Source of the DNA: Escherichia coli
GTDB lineage: Bacteria > Pseudomonadota > Gammaproteobacteria > Enterobacterales > Enterobacteriaceae
Assembly (NCBI RefSeq): GCF_048403405.1
Contig: NZ_CP183129.1
Strand: one strand, 5' to 3'
DNA: 64,000 nucleotides
Notes under the pieces: generated by a model
What the model was told of the DNA's origin: nothing
Databases searched by the model: none
What the model saw: only the letters and a program-made list of their open reading frames with translations
Position numbers and translations under genes: made by a program
Shown: in pieces, positions 1 to 10,997 of the stretch
Layout: every line of letters starts with the position of its first letter
Numbering within the stretch: position 1 is the first letter of the stretch

Positions 1-108
1 CAGCAGCAAGGCGTGGCGGTGAAAACGTCTGCCGAAGCTTTGCAACAAGCCATTGATGATAATTTCTGGCACGCCGAATACCGCGACTACCGCCGTACCT
101 CCATCTAA
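1..108 (+). CDS. maeA: NAD-dependent malic enzyme, 3' end only (window starts inside the gene)
   Basis: Frame 1 translates to ...[11 protein letters not shown] then TAA at 106..108; recognised as MaeA C-terminus; position upstream of adhP fits K-12 synteny. Confidence 0.75.
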   Translation, partial: QQQGVAVKTSAEALQQAIDDNFWHAEYRDYRRTSI

Positions 109-241
109 GCCTGCGCCCGGTGGTGAAAGCTGCCGGGCAATTTTCCTCTCCCTTTTTCAGATCTCATCCATACTGGGTAGTGGCGAATAAATCTCATTTG
201 CCTCACCTGCTATGCAGAACATCATCCGAAAAGGAGGAACT

Positions 242-1252
242 ATGAAGGCTGCAGTTGTTACGAAGGATCATCATGTTGACGTTACGGATAAAACACTGCG
301 CTCACTGAAACATGGCGAAGCCCTGCTGAAAATGGAGTGTTGTGGTGTATGTCACACCGATCTTCATGTTAAGAATGGCGATTTTGGTGACAAAACCGGC
401 GTAATTCTGGGCCATGAAGGCATCGGTGTGGTGGCAGAAGTTGGCCCAGGTGTCACCTCATTAAAACCAGGCGATCGTGCCAGCGTGGCGTGGTTTTACG
501 AAGGATGCGGTCATTGCGAATACTGTAATAGTGGTAACGAAACCCTCTGCCGTTCTGTTAAAAACGCCGGATACAGCGTTGATGGCGGGATGGCTGAAGA
601 GTGCATCGTGGTCGCCGATTACGCGGTAAAAGTGCCCGATGGCCTGGACTCGGCGGCGGCCAGCAGCATTACCTGTGCGGGCGTCACCACCTACAAAGCG
701 GTGAAGCTGTCAAAAATTCGTCCCGGTCAGTGGATTGCTATCTACGGTCTTGGCGGTCTGGGTAACCTCGCCCTGCAATACGCGAAGAATGTCTTTAACG
801 CGAAAGTGATCGCCATTGATGTCAATGATGAGCAGTTAAAACTGGCAACCGAAATGGGCGCTGATTTAGCGATTAACTCACGCACCGAAGACGCCGCCAA
901 AATTGTGCAGGAAAAAACCGGTGGCGCTCACGCTGCGGTGGTGACAGCGGTAGCTAAAGCTGCGTTTAACTCGGCAGTTGATGCTGTCCGTGCAGGCGGG
1001 CGTGTTGTGGCAGTCGGTCTGCCGCCGGAGTCTATGAGCCTGGATATCCCACGGTTGGTGCTGGATGGTATTGAAGTGGTCGGTTCGCTGGTCGGCACGC
1101 GCCAGGATCTAACCGAAGCCTTCCAGTTTGCGGCCGAAGGCAAAGTGGTGCCGAAAGTCGCCCTGCGTCCGTTAGCGGACATCAACACCATCTTTACTGA
1201 GATGGAAGAAGGCAAAATCCGTGGCCGTATGGTGATTGATTTCCGCCGCTAA
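242..1252 (+). CDS. adhP: Zn-dependent alcohol dehydrogenase (propanol-preferring)
   Basis: ORF 212..1252; start set at MKAAVV (index 10) preceded by AGGAGG; 336 aa; GHEGIGVV and CGHCEYC zinc-ADH motifs. Confidence 0.95.
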   Translation: MKAAVVTKDHHVDVTDKTLRSLKHGEALLKMECCGVCHTDLHVKNGDFGDKTGVILGHEGIGVVAEVGPGVTSLKPGDRASVAWFYEGCGHCEYCNSGNETLCRSVKNAGYSVDGGMAEECIVVADYAVKVPDGLDSAAASSITCAGVTTYKAVKLSKIRPGQWIAIYGLGGLGNLALQYAKNVFNAKVIAIDVNDEQLKLATEMGADLAINSRTEDAAKIVQEKTGGAHAAVVTAVAKAAFNSAVDAVRAGGRVVAVGLPPESMSLDIPRLVLDGIEVVGSLVGTRQDLTEAFQFAAEGKVVPKVALRPLADINTIFTEMEEGKIRGRMVIDFRR

Positions 1253-1261
1253 GAGGCCTTT

Positions 1262-1289
1262 GCTGCGACTGCCATGTTCGGGTCGCAGC
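1262..1289 (+). terminator. Weak stem-loop downstream of adhP, no U-tract
   Basis: gctgcgac / gtcgcagc 8-bp inverted repeat with 12-nt loop, 10 nt after adhP stop. Confidence 0.3.
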
Positions 1290-1397
1290 ATCGCACACTC
1301 TCCAACATGAAATGGCTAAATGGATTATTGTTGCGTAGGAAGGAACAATAATGATAGTGTTCCTGGTGAAGGAACGCTACTGAGAGTAAAGACACTA

Positions 1398-1682
1398 ATG
1401 AAAATGGCCAATCATCCCCGCCCGGGGGACATTATTCAGGAATCACTGGACGAACTTAATGTCAGCCTGCGCGAGTTTGCCAGAGCAATGGAAATTGCGC
1501 CCTCAACGGCAAGCCGATTGCTGACCGGAAAAGCAGCTTTGACACCAGAAATGGCGATTAAACTTTCCGTGGTGATCGGCAGTTCGCCGCAAATGTGGCT
1601 GAATCTGCAAAACGCCTGGAGTCTGGCAGAGGCAGAAAAAACGGTGGATGTGTCGCGATTACGCCGTCTGGTTACGCAATAA
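1398..1682 (+). CDS. yddM: XRE/HigA-like HTH transcriptional regulator (antitoxin-like, no partner toxin gene seen)
   Basis: 94 aa from [11 protein letters not shown] within ORF 1320..1682; HTH region [23 protein letters not shown]; stop TAA 1680..1682 coincides with the first bases of the IS200 end. Confidence 0.8.
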
Positions 1683-2394
1683 ATAAATATCCTCCGGCAT
1701 AGCCGGAGGTTTTTCAAATGCGCCTGTAAGGCTCTGTTACCAGCCGCGCCCTAACAGGCGCATACGATCTGACATTTGCATTCAACTTCGTTACTTACGG
1801 CCCGTAAACGGGCTGCCCGGATAGGGAATCGATAACTGCTCCCCCATTTTATCCTCTTCAAGCTGGTGCTTTATGTAGTCCTGTATCTTCGCCGTGTTCT
1901 TACCCACCGTATCGACATAGTACCCTCGGCACCAGAACTCCCTGTTTCTGTATTTGAATTTCAAATCCCCAAACTGCTCGTAAAGCATCAGACTGCTTTT
2001 CCCTTTCAGATATCCCATAAAGCCGGATACGCTCATTTTGGGTGGGATTTCCACAAGCATATGGATATGATCTGCGCAGCACTCTGCTTCCAGAATCCGT
2101 ACGCTTTTCCACTCACACAGCTTTCTCAAAATACTGCCTATCGCCCTACGCTTCTCTCCGTAAAACGCCAGTCTTCGGTATTTCGGCGCAAAAACTATGT
2201 GATATTTACAGTTCCAGCGGGTGTGCGCTAAGCTCTTTTCGTCCCCCATTGGGACCCCCTTTTGATTTCTTGTTTGACACTTGCAGTTGCCAGACCGCAA
2301 GGTGTTTTAACAAATCAAAAGGGGTTTTAATAACTGGCTCAAAGCTGAAAGCTTTCCGGAACCCCCAGCCTAGCTGGGGGTTTTCTGTGCACAA
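1680..2394 (-). mobile_element. IS200-like insertion sequence (IS200/IS605 family, tnpA only), copy A; ends +/-3 bp
   Basis: About 715 bp nearly identical to the reverse complement of 40814..41528; contains a single Y1 transposase gene; conserved terminal hairpin cctccggcatagccggagg. Confidence 0.85.
1791..2249 (-). CDS. tnpA: IS200/IS605 family Y1 (HUH) transposase TnpA
   Basis: 152 aa from MGDEKSLAHTRWNCKYHIVFAPKYRR; HUH motif HIHMLV; within ORF 1791..2300. Confidence 0.9.
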   Translation of the reverse strand: MGDEKSLAHTRWNCKYHIVFAPKYRRLAFYGEKRRAIGSILRKLCEWKSVRILEAECCADHIHMLVEIPPKMSVSGFMGYLKGKSSLMLYEQFGDLKFKYRNREFWCRGYYVDTVGKNTAKIQDYIKHQLEEDKMGEQLSIPYPGSPFTGRK

Positions 2395-2420
2395 AAAAAT
2401 GGCGCTTCTTAAAGCGCCAT
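2393..2420 (-). terminator. Rho-independent terminator of fdnGHI
   Basis: Hairpin atggcgc/gcgccat followed on the minus strand by a run of 7 U (A-run 2393..2399 on plus), 25 nt downstream of fdnI stop; the IS200 end abuts this U-tract. Confidence 0.7.
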
Positions 2421-2444
2421 TTTCAGCTTAAAGTTCAAAAGAGA

Positions 2445-3098
2445 TTATATCCCTTCTTCACTCTCTTTTTTCGCTTCTGCCTTCTCGATTTCACGATACC
2501 AGCGCGGATGGTGTTTCTTCGCCCAGCGACGGCTCACCTTCCCTTCGATCATCCCTTTAATCGATCCTTTCACCCAGAATGCCATATACATATGGATCAG
2601 GATGGCGTGGATCAGGATGATACCCGCAGCCGCGTGAATCAGCAGGCTGTAGCGAACAACCTGCATCGGGAAGTACTGCGCAAAGTACGGACGCCAGATA
2701 ATCACCCCGGTCACCAGCAGCACGAAAATCATGCTCATGATCGACCAGAACATCATCTTTTGCCCGGCGTTGTACTTACCGACATCCGCCACTTTGTGCT
2801 CATTGCCTTTTAATACTTCGACAATGTTCAACAGCCACGGAATATCTTTCTTATCCGGGATGTTGTGATGCACAAAACGCACAAACATAAACATCAGCGC
2901 GACGAAAATCGCAATGCCGAAGAACGGGTGCAAAATGCGTCCCATCTGCGGCGTACCGAAGGTTTGCGTCAGCCATTGCAGCGTCGGGAAGAAGAATGAA
3001 ATCCCGGACAGCGCCACCAGGAAGAAGCAAATCACCACGGTCCAGTGACAGGCGCGATCAATAAATTTGGTGCGCACAATCATTTTCGACTTACTCAT
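2445..3098 (-). CDS. fdnI: Formate dehydrogenase-N gamma subunit (cytochrome b556)
   Basis: 217 aa from [12 protein letters not shown] within ORF 2445..3140; multi-TM b-type cytochrome; 8-nt overlap with fdnH. Confidence 0.93.
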
Positions 3099-3975
3099 GA
3101 TGATCCTCCTCGTCATCGTCCACTTCCTTATTCGGGCCAATACCGATGTAGTGGAAAATCAACCCGGCAAAAGTGGCAATAAAGCCAGCCGCTGCCAGCG
3201 GTTTCAACGCGCCTTTCCACAGGCTTACCGAGGTGTCGATCTTCGGATCTTTCGGCAGACCGTGATACAGCTCCGGCTGATCGGCGTGATGCAGCACGTA
3301 CATAACGTGCGTACCACCGACCCCTTCCGGGTTGTAGACGCCAGCATGTTCGTAACCACGCGCTTTCAGTTTCGCCACGCGCTGTTCCGCCAGCTCCAGC
3401 ATCTCCTTCTTGGTGCCGAAGTGGATAGCCCCGGTCGGACAGGTTTTCACACAAGCCGGTTCCTGGCCGACGCTGACGCGATCGACGCAGAGCGTGCATT
3501 TATATACCCGGTTATCCTCTTTGTTGAGGCGCGGAATATTAAACGGACACCCGGCAATGCAGTAACCACAGCCGATGCAGTTTTCCGACTGGAAATCGAC
3601 AATCCCGTTAGCGTACTGAATGATTGCACCAGCAGACGGGCACGCCTTCAGGCAGCCCGGATCTTCACAGTGCATACAGCCGTCTTTACGGATCAGCCAC
3701 TCCAGCTTGCCGTTCTGTTCGGTTTCGCTAAAGCGCATCACCGTCCAGGACTTGGCGCTCAGATCGGCGGGGTTATCGTAAACCCCGACGCAGTGCCCCA
3801 CTTCATCACGGATGTCGTTCCACTCCGAACACGCCACCTGACAGGCTTTACAACCGATACAGGTGGAAACGTCGATAAGTTTCGCGACTTCTGCTTTGTA
3901 ATCACGCACCTGAGAAGGCGGCGTGATGGAGTTAGTTGCGGACCTTTTGATAATGTCCTGCGTTTCCATAGCCAT
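3091..3975 (-). CDS. fdnH: Formate dehydrogenase-N beta subunit (4x[4Fe-4S] ferredoxin-type)
   Basis: 294 aa; repeated CxxCxxCxxxCP clusters ([58 protein letters not shown]); C-terminal TM anchor. Confidence 0.95.
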   Translation of the reverse strand: MAMETQDIIKRSATNSITPPSQVRDYKAEVAKLIDVSTCIGCKACQVACSEWNDIRDEVGHCVGVYDNPADLSAKSWTVMRFSETEQNGKLEWLIRKDGCMHCEDPGCLKACPSAGAIIQYANGIVDFQSENCIGCGYCIAGCPFNIPRLNKEDNRVYKCTLCVDRVSVGQEPACVKTCPTGAIHFGTKKEMLELAEQRVAKLKARGYEHAGVYNPEGVGGTHVMYVLHHADQPELYHGLPKDPKIDTSVSLWKGALKPLAAAGFIATFAGLIFHYIGIGPNKEVDDDEEDHHE

Positions 3976-3987
3976 CTGTTCGCCCCC

Positions 3988-6900
3988 TTACGCCTTCTCA
4001 ATGTTGACTAAGAACGCTTTATATTCCGGCGTTTGCGAGTTTGCATCACCGACATTCGGCGTCAGAGTGTTAGCGATATAACCTTTACGCGCGACACCCT
4101 CAAAGCCCCAGTGGATTGGAATACCCACCGTTTCAACCTGCTGACCGTTTACATTCAGCGGCTTCAGACGGCGCGTTACCACAGCCACCGCGCGGATAAA
4201 GCCACGCTTGCTGGATACGGTGACACGGTCGCCATTGGCGATGCCTTTCGCCGCCGCCAGCGTTTCGCTGATTTCCACAAACTGTTCCGGCTGAGCAATG
4301 GCGTTGAGCAATGCATGCTTAGTCCAGGTGTGGAAGTGCTCGGTCAGACGATAGGTCGTACCCACATACGGGAACTGCTCTTTTTTACCCATCCGCAGCG
4401 CGTCTTGTTCATACAGACGAACGACCGGGTTAGACACCACGTTCGGATGCAGCGGGTTAGTGCCCAGCGGCGTTTCAATTGGCTCGTAGTGTTCCGGGAA
4501 CGGACCTTCCGCCATTTTGTTGATGGCAAACAGGCGTCCCATCCCTTCCGGCTGCATGATAAACGGTCCGGTTAGTGTACCTGGCGCGGCATTGCCGAAG
4601 TCCGGAATATCGTTACCCGTCCACTTGCTGCCGTTCCACTGGATCAGCATCCGTTTCGGATCCCACGGTTTACCGTTGATATCCGCCGAAGCACGGTTGT
4701 AGAGTACGCGACGGTTGAGCGGCCACGCCCAGGCCCATCCCAGCGTATTCCCCAGACCGGACGGGTCGGAGTTATCGCGGTTAGCCATCTGGTTGCCCTG
4801 CTCTGTCCAGCTACCGGTGTAGATCCAGCAAGAAGATGCGGTTGTACCGTCATCACGCAGATGCGCAAAGCTACTCAGCAACTGACCTTTCTTCGCAATC
4901 AGCACGCCATTGGCATCATAGAGATCTTCCAGCGCGTAGCCGTTGTTCTCTTTAGCTACTTCGTCAGATTGCGGTTCGTGCGGCTGCTTGTAGTTCCAGC
5001 TCATCTTCATCAGCGGTTCTACGCCTTTACCACCTTCGGCCTGGTACAGCTCGCGCAGATGATGGTAGATACCCGCCAGAATTTCGCCGTCGTTACGCGC
5101 TTCGCCCGGCGCGTCCTGACCTTTCCAGTGCCACTGCAACCAGCGACCGGAGTTAGCAATAGAACCATCTTCCTCAGCAAAGCAGGTCGAAGGCAGACGG
5201 AATACTTCAGTCTGAATAGACGCAGGATCGACATCGTTCGACTCGCCGTGGTTCTGCCAGAAGGTAGAAGTTTCAGTCACCAGCGGATCGATAACCACCA
5301 TATACTTCAGCTTGCTCAGGCAGCTTACCACTTTGTTTTTGTCCGGGAAGGACGCAACCGGGTTAAAGCCCTGGCAGAAATAACCGGTGACTTTGCCTTC
5401 ATCCATCATGTTGAAATACTTGATGACGTCGTAGGTCTGGTCCCACTTGGGCAGCCAGTCGTAGCCCCAGTTGTTCTCTTTCTGCGCAGCATCGCCGTAG
5501 AAAGATTTCATCAGGCTAACGAAGAACTTCGGATAGTTGCTCCAGTAGTTCACCTGATCAGCCAGCGTCGCTTTCGGCGTGTTCGCTTCCAGATACGACT
5601 GCAAATCAACCTGTTTTTCTGACGGCAGCGTCAGATAACCCGGCAGGCTGGTAGAGAGCAGGCCTAAGTCGGTCAGCCCCTGAATGTTGGAGTGACCACG
5701 CAATGCGTTCACGCCGCCACCGGCCATACCCATGTTACCGAGCAGTAACTGGATCATCGCCATAGTACGGATGTTCTGCGCACCCACGGTGTGCTGCGTC
5801 CAGCCCAGCGCGTAAAGGAAGGTGGTTGTGCGATCCGGTGCGCTGGTGGAGGCCAGCACTTCACACACTTTCAGGAAGTCGGCTTTTGGCGTACCACAGA
5901 TGTTTTCTACTACGTCCGGCGTGTAGCGGGAAACGTGCTCTTTCAGCAAGTTCCACACACAGCGCGGATGAGTCAGTGTTTCATCGCGTTTCGCATAGCC
6001 GTTTTCATCGAACTGATAGTTCCAGGACGATTTATCGTATTGACGTTTTTCAGCGTCGTAGCCGCTGAACAGACCGTCTTCGAAAGCAAAATCATCACGC
6101 ACCAGCAGACTGGCGTTGGTGTAATGCTTAACGTATTCGGCGTTGATTTTGTTGTTTTCGATCAGGTAGCGCAAAACGCCAGACAGGAACGTAATGTCCG
6201 TACCGGAACGAATAGGTGCGTAAATATCCGCTACAGAAGCGGTACGCGTAAAACGGGGATCGACAACGATCAAGGTTGCATCGTTGTTGTTTTTCGCTTC
6301 CATCGCCCAGCGGAAACCGACGGGATGCGCTTCAGCAGCGTTACCGCCCATCACCATTACGACGTTAGCGTTTTTGATATCCACCCAGTGGTTGGTCATC
6401 GCACCGCGACCAAATGTTGGAGCAAGACTTGCTACCGTTGGTCCGTGTCAGACGCGCGCCTGGTTGTCTACCGCCAGCATCCCGAGGGAGCGGGCAAATT
6501 TCTGGGTCAGCATCCCGGTTTCGTTGCTGGCACCGGAGGCACACAGCATACCGGTAGAAAGCCAACGGTTTACCGTTACGCCCTGCTCGTTCTTTTCAAT
6601 AAAGTTAGCGTCACGGTCAGCTTTCATCAGCTTCGCAATACGGGAGAATGCTTCATCCCAGCTAATGCGCTGCCATTTGTCAGAACCTGGCGCACGATAT
6701 TCCGGGTAGCGCAGACGGTTTTCGCTGTTGACGTAATCCAGCAAACCGGCCCCTTTCGGGCACAGCGCACCACGGCTTACCGGATGATCCGGGTCACCTT
6801 CAATGTGATAAATCGCTTCTCTGGCGTTTTTCGCGCCATCACCCAGGCTATACATCAATAGCCCGCAACCTACGGAACAGTATGTGCAGGTGTTACGGAT

Positions 6901-7035
6901 CTCTTTAGCGCGTAATAATTTGTAGTTTCGCGCCTGAGCCAGTGCTTGCTTTGGGGCAAAGCCCAATGCCGCTACTGTTGTTCCAGCCATACCGCCCGCG
7001 CAGATTTTAAAAAATTGTCTGCGACTGACGTCCAT
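3988..7035 (-). CDS. fdnG: Formate dehydrogenase-N alpha subunit, selenocysteine-containing molybdoenzyme; in-frame UGA at 6448..6450 decoded as Sec
   Basis: ORFs 6448..7035 (195 aa, Tat signal RRQFFK) and 3988..6399 are in the same frame separated only by one TGA; local sequence ...NQARV-U-HGPTVA matches the Sec active-site context; total 1015 aa. Confidence 0.93.
6400..6447 (-). other. SECIS-like stem-loop region immediately 3' of the fdnG UGA
   Basis: mRNA sense CACGGACCAACGGUAGCAAGUCUUGCUCCAAC... can fold (GCAAGUCUUGC) directly after the UGA, as expected for bacterial SelB-dependent recoding. Confidence 0.6.
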
Positions 7036-7099
7036 TGCTTTCCTCTTTTTTCAGGGGTATTACTGCGCGAGGAAACTAACAGTAAAATTCTGAATCTTT

Positions 7100-7113
7100 T
7101 TGCGCGAAATCAA
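7100..7113 (-). promoter_or_regulatory. Candidate FNR half-site pair in the fdnG promoter
   Basis: Minus-strand reading TTGAT-TTCG-CGCAA versus consensus TTGAT-N4-ATCAA; about 70 bp upstream of fdnG ATG; fdn is known to be FNR-activated. Confidence 0.4.
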
Positions 7114-7160
7114 AAAGAACACGTGTTTGCCACAAAATAATCCGCCTGCGCAAATTGACC

Positions 7161-7176
7161 TACCTCAATAGCGGTA
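7161..7176 (-). promoter_or_regulatory. Candidate NarL 7-2-7 heptamer pair
   Basis: TACCTCA-AT-AGCGGTA, two inverted near-consensus TACYYMT heptamers with 2-bp spacing, about 60 bp upstream of the FNR-like site; overlaps an alternative FNR-like TTGAC-N4-CTCAA at 7155..7168. Confidence 0.4.
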
Positions 7177-7266
7177 GAAAAACGCACCACTGCCTGACAG
7201 GCCAGTTAAAAAAATGCTATAAAATTCAGCTTAATTTTTAACGGCAAGAGAGACAAAACAGCGAGC

Positions 7267-8148
7267 ATGACACGACAAAAAGCAACGCTCATAGGGCTAA
7301 TAGCGATCGTCCTGTGGAGCACGATGGTAGGATTGATTCGCGGTGTCAGTGAGGGGCTCGGCCCGGTCGGCGGTGCAGCTGCTATCTATTCATTAAGCGG
7401 GCTGCTGTTAATCTTCACGGTTGGATTTCCGCGTATTCGGCAGATCCCGAAAGGCTATTTACTCGCCGGGTGTCTGTTATTCGTCAGCTATGAAATCTGT
7501 CTGGCGCTTTCCTTAGGATATGCGGCGACCCGTCATCAGGCGATTGAAGTGGGTATGGTGAACTATCTGTGGCCCAGCCTGACAATTCTCTTTGCCATTC
7601 TGTTTAATGGTCAGAAAACCAACTGGCTGATTGTACCAGGATTATTATTAGCCCTGGTTGGCGTCTGCTGGGTGTTAGGTGGTGACAATGGATTACATTA
7701 TGATGAAATCATCAATAATATCACCACCAGCCCATTGAGTTATTTCCTGGCGTTTATTGGTGCGTTTATCTGGGCAGCCTACTGCACAGTAACGAATAAA
7801 TACGCACGCGGATTTAACGGAATTACCGTTTTTGTCCTGCTAACGGGAGCAAGTCTGTGGGTTTACTATTTTCTCACGCCACAACCAGAAATGGTATTTA
7901 GCACGCCAGTCATGATTAAACTCATCTCTGCGGCATTTACCTTAGGATTTGCTTATGCTGCATGGAACGTCGGTATATTACATGGCAACGTCACCATTAT
8001 GGCGGTAGGTTCGTATTTTACGCCCGTCCTTTCCTCAGCGCTTGCAGCCGTGCTGCTCAGCGCCCCGCTGTCGTTCTCGTTCTGGCAAGGCGCGCTAATG
8101 GTCTGCGGCGGTTCCCTGCTCTGCTGGCTGGCGACACGTCGTGGCTAA
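7267..8148 (+). CDS. yddG: Aromatic amino acid exporter (DMT/EamA family)
   Basis: 293 aa, about 10 TM segments, recognised as YddG; divergent from fdnG. Confidence 0.93.
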   Translation: MTRQKATLIGLIAIVLWSTMVGLIRGVSEGLGPVGGAAAIYSLSGLLLIFTVGFPRIRQIPKGYLLAGCLLFVSYEICLALSLGYAATRHQAIEVGMVNYLWPSLTILFAILFNGQKTNWLIVPGLLLALVGVCWVLGGDNGLHYDEIINNITTSPLSYFLAFIGAFIWAAYCTVTNKYARGFNGITVFVLLTGASLWVYYFLTPQPEMVFSTPVMIKLISAAFTLGFAYAAWNVGILHGNVTIMAVGSYFTPVLSSALAAVLLSAPLSFSFWQGALMVCGGSLLCWLATRRG

Positions 8149-8406
8149 AATAATTGTCGGGTCTACGGCCCGGCAGTTAATCAGATAAATTCCGACAATA
8201 TAAAAAAATAAATTTCAAATACCAGTAGTTCACCTTATATTTCATTTCGACTTCGATCACATATCGATAAATAATATTATTTCATCTATTTTTCTCATTG
8301 TTTTTAATCACCATTCTATTTTAAAAACAGTATGTCATTTATAAATGACGCCGTTTAAAATTCGTTTAGAAAATACGTTTAACGATAATTAAAAGGATTC
8401 TGTTAA

Positions 8407-9507
8407 ATGAAATTAAAAATAGTTGCGGTGGTTGTAACTGGTTTGTTAGCTGCGAACGTAGCACACGCTGCCGAAGTCTATAACAAGGATGGTAATAAAC
8501 TCGACCTTTATGGCAAGGTTACCGCTCTACGTTATTTTACTGATGATAAGCGTGACGATGGTGATAAAACTTATGCCCGTCTCGGCTTTAAAGGAGAAAC
8601 GCAAATCAATGATCAAATGATTGGTTTTGGTCACTGGGAATATGATTTTAAAGGCTATAACGATGAAGCCAACGGCTCGCGCGGTAACAAGACCCGTCTG
8701 GCCTATGCAGGTTTAAAAATTAGTGAATTTGGCTCTCTGGACTATGGTCGTAACTACGGTGTCGGCTATGACATTGGTTCATGGACCGATATGTTGCCAG
8801 AATTTGGTGGCGATACCTGGAGTCAGAAAGATGTCTTCATGACATACCGTACTACCGGTGTGGCAACCTATCGCAACTACGATTTCTTCGGCTTAATTGA
8901 AGGTCTGAACTTTGCCGCGCAATATCAAGGCAAAAATGAACGCACTGACAATGGCCATCTTTATGGTGCTGACTACACGCGTGCCAATGGTGACGGTTTC
9001 GGTATCTCCTCAACTTATGTTTATGATGGCTTTGGTATCGGTGCGGTGTATACCAAATCCGATCGGACAAATGCGCAGGAAAGAGCCGCTGCTAATCCTC
9101 TCAATGCCTCCGGTAAGAATGCAGAACTGTGGGCTACAGGTATAAAATATGATGCCAACAACATCTACTTTGCAGCTAATTACGCTGAAACATTAAACAT
9201 GACCACCTATGGCGATGGTTATATCTCTAACAAAGCACAAAGTTTTGAAGTAGTGGCACAATATCAATTCGACTTCGGCTTGCGCCCATCACTCGCTTAC
9301 CTGAAATCGAAAGGCAGAGATCTGGGCCGCTACGGCGACCAGGACATGATTGAGTATATCGACGTTGGTGCGACGTATTTCTTCAACAAAAATATGTCGA
9401 CCTATGTTGATTATAAAATCAACCTGATTGATGAAAGCGACTTTACCCGTGCCGTAGATATTCGCACCGATAACATCGTCGCAACGGGCATTACCTATCA
9501 GTTCTAA
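8407..9507 (+). CDS. ompD: General porin of the OmpC/OmpF/PhoE family, OmpD/NmpC-like; intact counterpart of the K-12 yddL pseudogene position
   Basis: Signal peptide [21 protein letters not shown] then [16 protein letters not shown]; C-terminal ...GITYQF; 366 aa; sits next to yddG as ompD does in Salmonella (symbol by synteny and family, from memory). Confidence 0.8.
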   Translation: MKLKIVAVVVTGLLAANVAHAAEVYNKDGNKLDLYGKVTALRYFTDDKRDDGDKTYARLGFKGETQINDQMIGFGHWEYDFKGYNDEANGSRGNKTRLAYAGLKISEFGSLDYGRNYGVGYDIGSWTDMLPEFGGDTWSQKDVFMTYRTTGVATYRNYDFFGLIEGLNFAAQYQGKNERTDNGHLYGADYTRANGDGFGISSTYVYDGFGIGAVYTKSDRTNAQERAAANPLNASGKNAELWATGIKYDANNIYFAANYAETLNMTTYGDGYISNKAQSFEVVAQYQFDFGLRPSLAYLKSKGRDLGRYGDQDMIEYIDVGATYFFNKNMSTYVDYKINLIDESDFTRAVDIRTDNIVATGITYQF

Positions 9508-9520
9508 CATCCTCTCCTGA

Positions 9521-9547
9521 CCAGCCCTTCTCTGGGCTGGTTTTTGA
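9521..9547 (+). terminator. Rho-independent terminator after the porin gene
   Basis: ccagccc-ttctct-gggctgg followed by TTTTT, 14 nt after stop. Confidence 0.8.
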
Positions 9548-9676
9548 TTTAAGTGCTGCTGTATGACTCCTTAAGTAAAAATGAGCAATTTTTGATATTT
9601 CTGGTCACTCACCTCAATTAATATTCTTCCATACCCTCCGGGGACATCTTACTATAATATTTATTGATGTGTGATT

Positions 9677-10936
9677 ATGACCAATATTAATACAGCTTGT
9701 GTAAAAAATAATGCCAGTTATCAATTAAATAACGCATTACCTAACAAAGAAACCATCTCCAGCAATTTTTGTGAACGACTGGCAAAATGGGGTAATAAGT
9801 CGCTTAATAATGGTGAAGAAAGAGCAATTGCCGTAGAGCGAATTAAAGAAGCTTACAATTCGAACATGGCATCTCTTGATTTGTCATATCTTGATTTGAG
9901 TGAGTTACCGACTATCCCCTCGACAGTTAACACGTTAAATCTGGAAAACAATTGTCTCACTTGTCTTGACTTTACTGACAATGCCAGCCTCGTCAATATC
10001 AACCTCAGCTTTAATAAAATTAAAACGATAACCTTTCCAAATGAATCAAAACTGGAAAATATTTATATTGATCACAACAATCTGGAAAGTTTGGATTTAA
10101 AAAATCAGCATTCATTGGTTAACCTGGAAGCGCAAAATAACAATCTGACAAAAATTAACATTTCTGATAGTTATAAACTGAAATTTCTTAATCTTGATTA
10201 TAACAAGCTAGCATCGCTGGATCTCTCCCGGCAAGAATCTCTGATTGAGTTAAGTGCCCATCACAATATGATCACTGACCTTATATTACACAATCATCCC
10301 AGGATGAAAAAAATCACTTTAAACGACAACCATATTGCACATTTAAACGCGAAAACCACTACAAAGCTGGAATATTTAAACTTAAGCAATAACAATTTAT
10401 TGCCAACAGATGACATTGATCAATTAATATCATCAAAACATCTTTGGCATGTATTAGTTAACGGCATCAACAATGATCCACTTGCCCAAATGCAGTACTG
10501 GACTGCAGTAAGAAATATAATTGATGACACTAATGAAGTGACCATTGAATTATCTTATAACCTGGCAATCACAAATATCGATACCAGCGATGAACATCTT
10601 GTAGAAGTAAGCGAGAATTCCGAAGGAAATCATATAAAAGACAATGACTCAATGTCTATTCGTTATAGATCAAAATATTATTCCAGAGAGTACGATTTAA
10701 TAGAAGAAGAAACAATATTTTCTGACGCAGAACTAAAAGCCATTCTGCCTATGCATCGCATGTACGGGGTTGGTGACTATAAGTCAAATTCCTCTTCTCT
10801 ACCCTCACACTCGGGGCTAAAGGACCCAACGGGCACACCCGTCTGTTATTATATTCATAATGAGGATAAACCTTCCTTAGGTTATGGTTCAACACCCAAT
10901 AATTGGTTAAGCCAATCCTTTTCTACAGAGTTATAA
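9677..10936 (+). CDS. yddK: Leucine-rich repeat protein with an IpaH/SspH/YopM-like LRR N-terminal region; no signal peptide; no NEL ligase domain
   Basis: ORF 9671..10936 (GTG; ATG at 9677 chosen); N-terminal ...ERIKEAYNSNMASLDLSYLDLSELPTIPSTVNTLNLENNCLT followed by about 21-22 aa LxxLxLxxNxL repeats; AT-rich; symbol by position relative to K-12 yddK. Confidence 0.75.
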   Translation: MTNINTACVKNNASYQLNNALPNKETISSNFCERLAKWGNKSLNNGEERAIAVERIKEAYNSNMASLDLSYLDLSELPTIPSTVNTLNLENNCLTCLDFTDNASLVNINLSFNKIKTITFPNESKLENIYIDHNNLESLDLKNQHSLVNLEAQNNNLTKINISDSYKLKFLNLDYNKLASLDLSRQESLIELSAHHNMITDLILHNHPRMKKITLNDNHIAHLNAKTTTKLEYLNLSNNNLLPTDDIDQLISSKHLWHVLVNGINNDPLAQMQYWTAVRNIIDDTNEVTIELSYNLAITNIDTSDEHLVEVSENSEGNHIKDNDSMSIRYRSKYYSREYDLIEEETIFSDAELKAILPMHRMYGVGDYKSNSSSLPSHSGLKDPTGTPVCYYIHNEDKPSLGYGSTPNNWLSQSFSTEL

Positions 10937-10997
10937 AACACATCCTGATTTATCAAGGGTGATAAATCAGAAAAGAAAGTATTACTACGGAGCAGTT

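Noticed and set aside
6400-6450. fdnG appearing as two ORFs, which suggests a pseudogene
   Set aside because: The break is a single UGA in the conserved selenocysteine position; it is treated as Sec recoding.
3067-6861. Long plus-strand ORFs (3067..4011, 4861..5622, 5791..6861) opposite fdnH and fdnG
   Set aside because: Antisense to highly conserved fdn genes; no recognisable motifs.
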